64,000 nucleotides of DNA from a virus (Duplodnaviria; Caudoviricetes). Position numbers and translations under genes: made by a program. The DNA is taken from positions 64,001 through 128,000 of the IMG/VR virus record IMGVR_UViG_3300021387_001774. One strand, written 5' to 3'. Each line of letters begins with the position of its first letter. The stretch's first letter is position 1. Shown here piece after piece: positions 60,192 to 64,000 of the stretch. Below the pieces are notes generated by a model. The model saw only the letters and a list, made by a program, of their open reading frames with translations. It ran no database searches and was not told the DNA's origin.

Positions 60192-61064
60192 ATGGAGTTA
60201 TTTTTTGAAATGCTTGGAAATGTTAGAACTATAGATTTAATTATCTTATTCTGTCTAACATTACCTATTATGATTCTATATGGCATATTTACGTTTATTT
60301 ATTTTAAGTTTGTAGATAGAAAAATACATAAAAAAGAAGATGGAGATTATTATGAATCTCATACTTTGAGTAGATTCTGTTTAGCGGGTATCTTCTTTAT
60401 GTTTGGTTTAATTCTATTTGATATGATAATGGAATTTATATCAGCATATAGTGTGAGTTTCATAAATCCTGAAGTATTGAATGAAGATGTGGTTAAAGCT
60501 CTTAATAATTCATTAATCTTTAATGGAATATGTAGAGTTTTCAAATCTGTTCCTACAGATATTCTGATCAATTTCACTATAGTCTGTACAGCTCTTTATA
60601 CAGGTACGGAAGGTATTATAGCTAGTCTTAGAACTCTAAAAGTTGAATCAGGACTAGCTGTAAGACTTCCAGCTCTTAAACGTAAAAGATTAGCAACATT
60701 ATTCTATATGTGGGGATTCTTATCAATAATCTCCACATTGTATACTTTCTTAATAGGATCCGAAACTGTAAAGTTTGATATAGCAAATGTGTATGTTGCG
60801 CTTGGTGTAACTATGATTATTCTTTTCTTAGCTGAAAGAAGTCCTAGCTTACTCAAAGATCAATCTTTACAAACTAAGATATTTAAAATTTCATCCGATG
60901 GTGTGGTAAAACCATACAAATCAGATGAAGAAGATGATAGTCCTAAAAAGAAAAAGGATTGTCCTGAAAATGTTGGTGATAAAAATGGAGAAGAGTTATT
61001 GGAGTCATCTATAGCGAATTTCAAAAATGAAAGAATAGCTAAAGCTGCTCCAGAGGAGAAATAA
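60192..61064 (+). CDS. Multi-pass membrane protein (holin candidate)
   Basis: About 5 TM segments and a charged C-terminal tail; directly upstream of the peptidase gene. Confidence 0.5.
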   Translation: MELFFEMLGNVRTIDLIILFCLTLPIMILYGIFTFIYFKFVDRKIHKKEDGDYYESHTLSRFCLAGIFFMFGLILFDMIMEFISAYSVSFINPEVLNEDVVKALNNSLIFNGICRVFKSVPTDILINFTIVCTALYTGTEGIIASLRTLKVESGLAVRLPALKRKRLATLFYMWGFLSIISTLYTFLIGSETVKFDIANVYVALGVTMIILFLAERSPSLLKDQSLQTKIFKISSDGVVKPYKSDEEDDSPKKKKDCPENVGDKNGEELLESSIANFKNERIAKAAPEEK

Positions 61065-61066
61065 TT

Positions 61067-61870
61067 ATGGGAAATATTGTTACATTACAAACTACTCCCA
61101 AAACAGGTGTAGTACAAGTAGCAAATGCTGCTGATAATAAAACTTATTATGTCTATAACGTAAGTACAGGTTTTGATAATTATTCTCAACGAAATTCTAA
61201 GTATCAATACGCTGATAGAGATTATAAAACAAACTGGGCATGTTTCTGTAATGTACACATGATGGCAATGGGTTTAATCTATACGGGAACTTATGATAGA
61301 TATAAATCTGAAATAGATGCAAGATACCCAGAATTAACTAGATTTCCTGACAAGTTAGCTAAATTTATTATCGAAGATAAAGATGTAAGAATCTATTATA
61401 AAAAAAGATTCCCAACTTTGTCTTTAGACTTCTTTAATGGTAGAAAAGATGCTTATGGTCCTAATGAAATACATAATGTACTTTCATGGGGAACTAATAA
61501 ATTCCTTGATATAGGAGCTGTAACATATTTCTCTACAAATGTTTCATGGAAAGAAATAATTTATGAATTAGTTTATAAGAAATCTCCAGTAGGTATTTCT
61601 GGTAAATTCTCAGGTCTTAACCACATAGTTTTGTGTGTTGGATGTGCATATGAGAAGCTTGAAGGTGGATCTGCTCCTGGACCAAATCAAGTACCAGATT
61701 ATCTTATTGTAGATGATCCTTATGGAAAAACTTATGAATATTATAAAGGTCTTTCTGGAAACGATATTTGGATTCCATTCTCAAAATGTGTAGATGACTT
61801 CAAATCATTAGAGAGTCCAAATTTCAAATACGCTCACAGATTTATTAGACCTGGTGATTTAGGATTCTAA
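61067..61870 (+). CDS. Papain-like C39-type cysteine peptidase (endolysin candidate)
   Basis: YSQRN, FCNV (Cys), NHIVLCVG (His), IVDDPYG (Asp). Confidence 0.7.
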   Translation: MGNIVTLQTTPKTGVVQVANAADNKTYYVYNVSTGFDNYSQRNSKYQYADRDYKTNWACFCNVHMMAMGLIYTGTYDRYKSEIDARYPELTRFPDKLAKFIIEDKDVRIYYKKRFPTLSLDFFNGRKDAYGPNEIHNVLSWGTNKFLDIGAVTYFSTNVSWKEIIYELVYKKSPVGISGKFSGLNHIVLCVGCAYEKLEGGSAPGPNQVPDYLIVDDPYGKTYEYYKGLSGNDIWIPFSKCVDDFKSLESPNFKYAHRFIRPGDLGF

Positions 61871-61878
61871 AAAAATAA

Positions 61879-61905
61879 TCCTGGGAGTTTAATACTCCCA
61901 GGTTT
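61879..61905. terminator. Bidirectional terminator (cctgggag family)
   Basis: Stem cctgggagt/actcccagg. Confidence 0.75.
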
Positions 61906-61917
61906 AAATTTCAAAAC

Positions 61918-62370
61918 TCATTTTAGTTTTTCATTCTTTATGTGATCTCCAATAGCGTTGTAGAATTTTATTATTTTATCTCGAGTTTCTTCATCAAATT
62001 CCTCAGATTTTAAAGTAGATGCTAATGATGCGAAAAATTGTGTAAACGAAATATAAGCAAACAAACATGTATGTTCCAAAACACCAAATAATTGTTGATC
62101 TGGAATTATATTTAATTCTTTACACAATTTTTTAGTTAGTTTCAAAGTTTTATCAACTAACTCTGGATTAGCATATCCAACATCTACTTCTTCCGTTTTA
62201 TCGTTTTTGTTATGTCCGATAGCACAGATCCCTTCAAAATGAATTATCTTTTTTTGCTCGTTATATACATCTATAAATTTTTCCAACACAAAATCATTCT
62301 TAGACTTTCTTGGTTTAAGTAATTCACCTTTGTGTTTTTCTAAAATAGAGTTTATTAATAGTTCATCCAT
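61918..62370 (-). CDS. Hypothetical early protein
   Basis: AAGGAGG RBS; TATATTAT at 62403-62410. Confidence 0.75.
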   Translation of the reverse strand: MDELLINSILEKHKGELLKPRKSKNDFVLEKFIDVYNEQKKIIHFEGICAIGHNKNDKTEEVDVGYANPELVDKTLKLTKKLCKELNIIPDQQLFGVLEHTCLFAYISFTQFFASLASTLKSEEFDEETRDKIIKFYNAIGDHIKNEKLK

Positions 62371-62420
62371 ATTTTTCCTCCTTAATATGGTTTATCATTA
62401 ATATAATATATAATTAAAAA

Positions 62421-62449
62421 ATAAAGGTAGGATGTAATCCTACCTTTAT
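62421..62449. terminator. Terminator (aaaggtagga family)
   Basis: Stem ataaaggtagga/tcctacctttat. Confidence 0.75.
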
Positions 62450-62453
62450 TTAA

Positions 62454-62963
62454 TCAACAATTAGAAGAAGATCTTTTAATCGTGCTTCTTTTCCAATAAT
62501 CGTCTAATTCTATTTGATCTTCTTCAGTCCATGTCATACCTGATAAAGCTATAGCTTCATCTTCTAGTATAGTTCCTTTACCTAACTTAGTCATAATAGA
62601 TCGCTTTAAAGAATCATCCCCTAGTTTCAGTATAGTAAGATAATTCTCAATAGAAGAAAAATATCGAAAATACTTTTTTCTATAAAACTTAGAAACACGT
62701 TCACCTAATATACAGAAATCATAATTCTTTCCACGATATTTTCTAAGTTTTTCAAGAAGTATTTCCCTATTCTTTTCGCGATATTTTTTACATCTTTTAG
62801 CGATTTTATCGTGATTCTCTTTATGAGCCTCACGATATTTCTTCAAATACTCGCTCATTTCTTCTTTATGAGCCTCACGATATTTCTTCAAATACTCGCT
62901 CATTTCTTCTTTATGAGCCTCACGATATTTCTTCAAATACTCTTTTCTTTCTTCTTTAGTCAT
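62454..62963 (-). CDS. K/E/Y/H-repeat protein with unique C-terminal domain
   Basis: Exact 45-bp tandem repeats (KKYREAHKEEMSEYL) at ~62819-62942; same MTKEERKE start as 18137-18637. Confidence 0.8.
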   Translation of the reverse strand: MTKEERKEYLKKYREAHKEEMSEYLKKYREAHKEEMSEYLKKYREAHKENHDKIAKRCKKYREKNREILLEKLRKYRGKNYDFCILGERVSKFYRKKYFRYFSSIENYLTILKLGDDSLKRSIMTKLGKGTILEDEAIALSGMTWTEEDQIELDDYWKRSTIKRSSSNC

Positions 62964-63058
62964 AGTTTTCTTCCTTATGTTTATAGTAGTAACATCTCTA
63001 CTTCGATAATTAATTTAATAAGATACAACGTATCTTTCATTAATATAATATATAATTA
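62964..63058 (-). repeat. Family-2 promoter plus structured 5' leader, copy 3
   Basis: Reverse complement contains gaagtagagatgttactactataaacataaggaagaaaa; TATATTAT at 63045-63052. Confidence 0.9.
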
Positions 63059-63097
63059 AAAAAAGAAAGGTGGGACAGTTAAGTCCCACCTTTATCA

Positions 63098-64000
63098 TTA
63101 GCCTAATTGACTATAAATAAATTCTTCTACATCTTCAATCTTTTCATTTTGATAATATATAGAGTCCGTATCTACGATAATTGTACGTTTTGCTGTTGGA
63201 TCATCACTAATTTTATAAACTTCTTCATTATATAACGTTTTTGAATATTTCTGGATATAATTATCGTTATCATATGCATCATATTTGCGATCATCTTTAC
63301 AATACATATTTTTAATAACTTCTGAAGATTTAAATACAAATGTAATAATATCATAATCTAAAAATGCTCTATTTATTTCTAATGCAGACGTCTTTTCAAT
63401 TTCTAAAATAGTCTTTTCAAGATCATTTATAGTATCTATAACTTTTCCAGAAATTTCATGATAATATTCATTCTTATATTCATTAATAACATGAATAGGA
63501 ATATAATAATTATACACATATCCACTAATATGGAAACGATCAAGAATAACATAACATTCTTCAGGATGTTTTTCAAACTTATCAAGAAGAGCTATTATTT
63601 TTGAATTTATCATTTGTGAATTTCTGTCTGTATCAAGAAATTCTCCGTCATAAAATAATTTATAATCTTCTTTTACAGTAAAATCAAAATCCATAAGTGA
63701 ACCCTTATAGATATTATTTAACTGTTCCACAATATGTATACGATCTTTATGATTTATATTAAGATTTTCTGTTAAAGCCGTTTTAAGTTTAAAGAATTCA
63801 TGTTCATTAAAATCAGTAAATAATTTATTCATAAACTCTTTATTATATAATGTATCTGTAGTCAGTTTAAAACATCTTGTGGTATTTGAATCCTTTCTTG
63901 GACTATGAATAACTATACAGTTTCTAAGTTTCTTTGCTAACTTATTAATCTGTGTAGTCTTTCCACAGCAATCCGGTCCTTCAAAAATGATAACATTTTT
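63098..64000 (-). CDS. Thymidylate-kinase-like dNMP kinase (5' truncated by the window end)
   Basis: The frame stays open upstream of 63832 to the window edge, giving VIIFEGPDCCGKTT (P-loop); LDRFHISGYVY motif. Confidence 0.8.
   Translation of the reverse strand, partial: KNVIIFEGPDCCGKTTQINKLAKKLRNCIVIHSPRKDSNTTRCFKLTTDTLYNKEFMNKLFTDFNEHEFFKLKTALTENLNINHKDRIHIVEQLNNIYKGSLMDFDFTVKEDYKLFYDGEFLDTDRNSQMINSKIIALLDKFEKHPEECYVILDRFHISGYVYNYYIPIHVINEYKNEYYHEISGKVIDTINDLEKTILEIEKTSALEINRAFLDYDIITFVFKSSEVIKNMYCKDDRKYDAYDNDNYIQKYSKTLYNEEVYKISDDPTAKRTIIVDTDSIYYQNEKIEDVEEFIYSQLG

Noticed and set aside
62819-62942. 45-bp tandem repeats as a possible CRISPR array
   Set aside because: No unique spacers; the repeats are in-frame coding repeats of 15 aa
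63832-64000. Apparent split or frameshift of the kinase gene
   Set aside because: Manual translation shows one continuous frame from the window edge through 63832
1-64000. Stop-codon reassignment, introns or inteins in core genes, tRNA genes
   Set aside because: ORFs are long and dense under the standard code; terminase, helicases and the RNAP subunit are uninterrupted with no intein motifs noticed; no cloverleaf found by eye

Overview
AT-rich segment (roughly 25-30% GC by eye, standard genetic code) of a jumbo myovirus genome of the phiKZ/AR9(PBS1)-like supergroup that encodes its own RNA polymerase. Recognisable core genes are a split RNAP beta' C-terminal subunit in an operon with an SF2 helicase, a DnaB-like helicase, a primase, an NMP kinase, the large terminase, and probable major capsid, tail sheath and tail tube genes. 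There are also several giant virion proteins, S-x-E-containing internal head proteins and two candidate cell-wall hydrolases. Two phage promoter classes can be read from the sequence: TATATTAT before early/replication/accessory genes and (A/G/T)ACA-N6-TA before virion genes. Most notable observations: (1) two virion proteins built by recursive, nested ('Matryoshka') insertion of one ~40-aa module, with mirror-symmetric linker lengths that predict out-and-back, branched fibres; (2) dispersed expression cassettes in which unrelated cargo ORFs sit behind near-identical structured 5' leaders with compensatory base changes, one family also sharing a double-hairpin 3' trailer; (3) a stand-alone ~240-nt structured ncRNA candidate; (4) an adjacent perfect 86-bp inverted repeat that could invert a gene's promoter and 5' half. 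All calls come from reading motifs by eye; no database searches were run.
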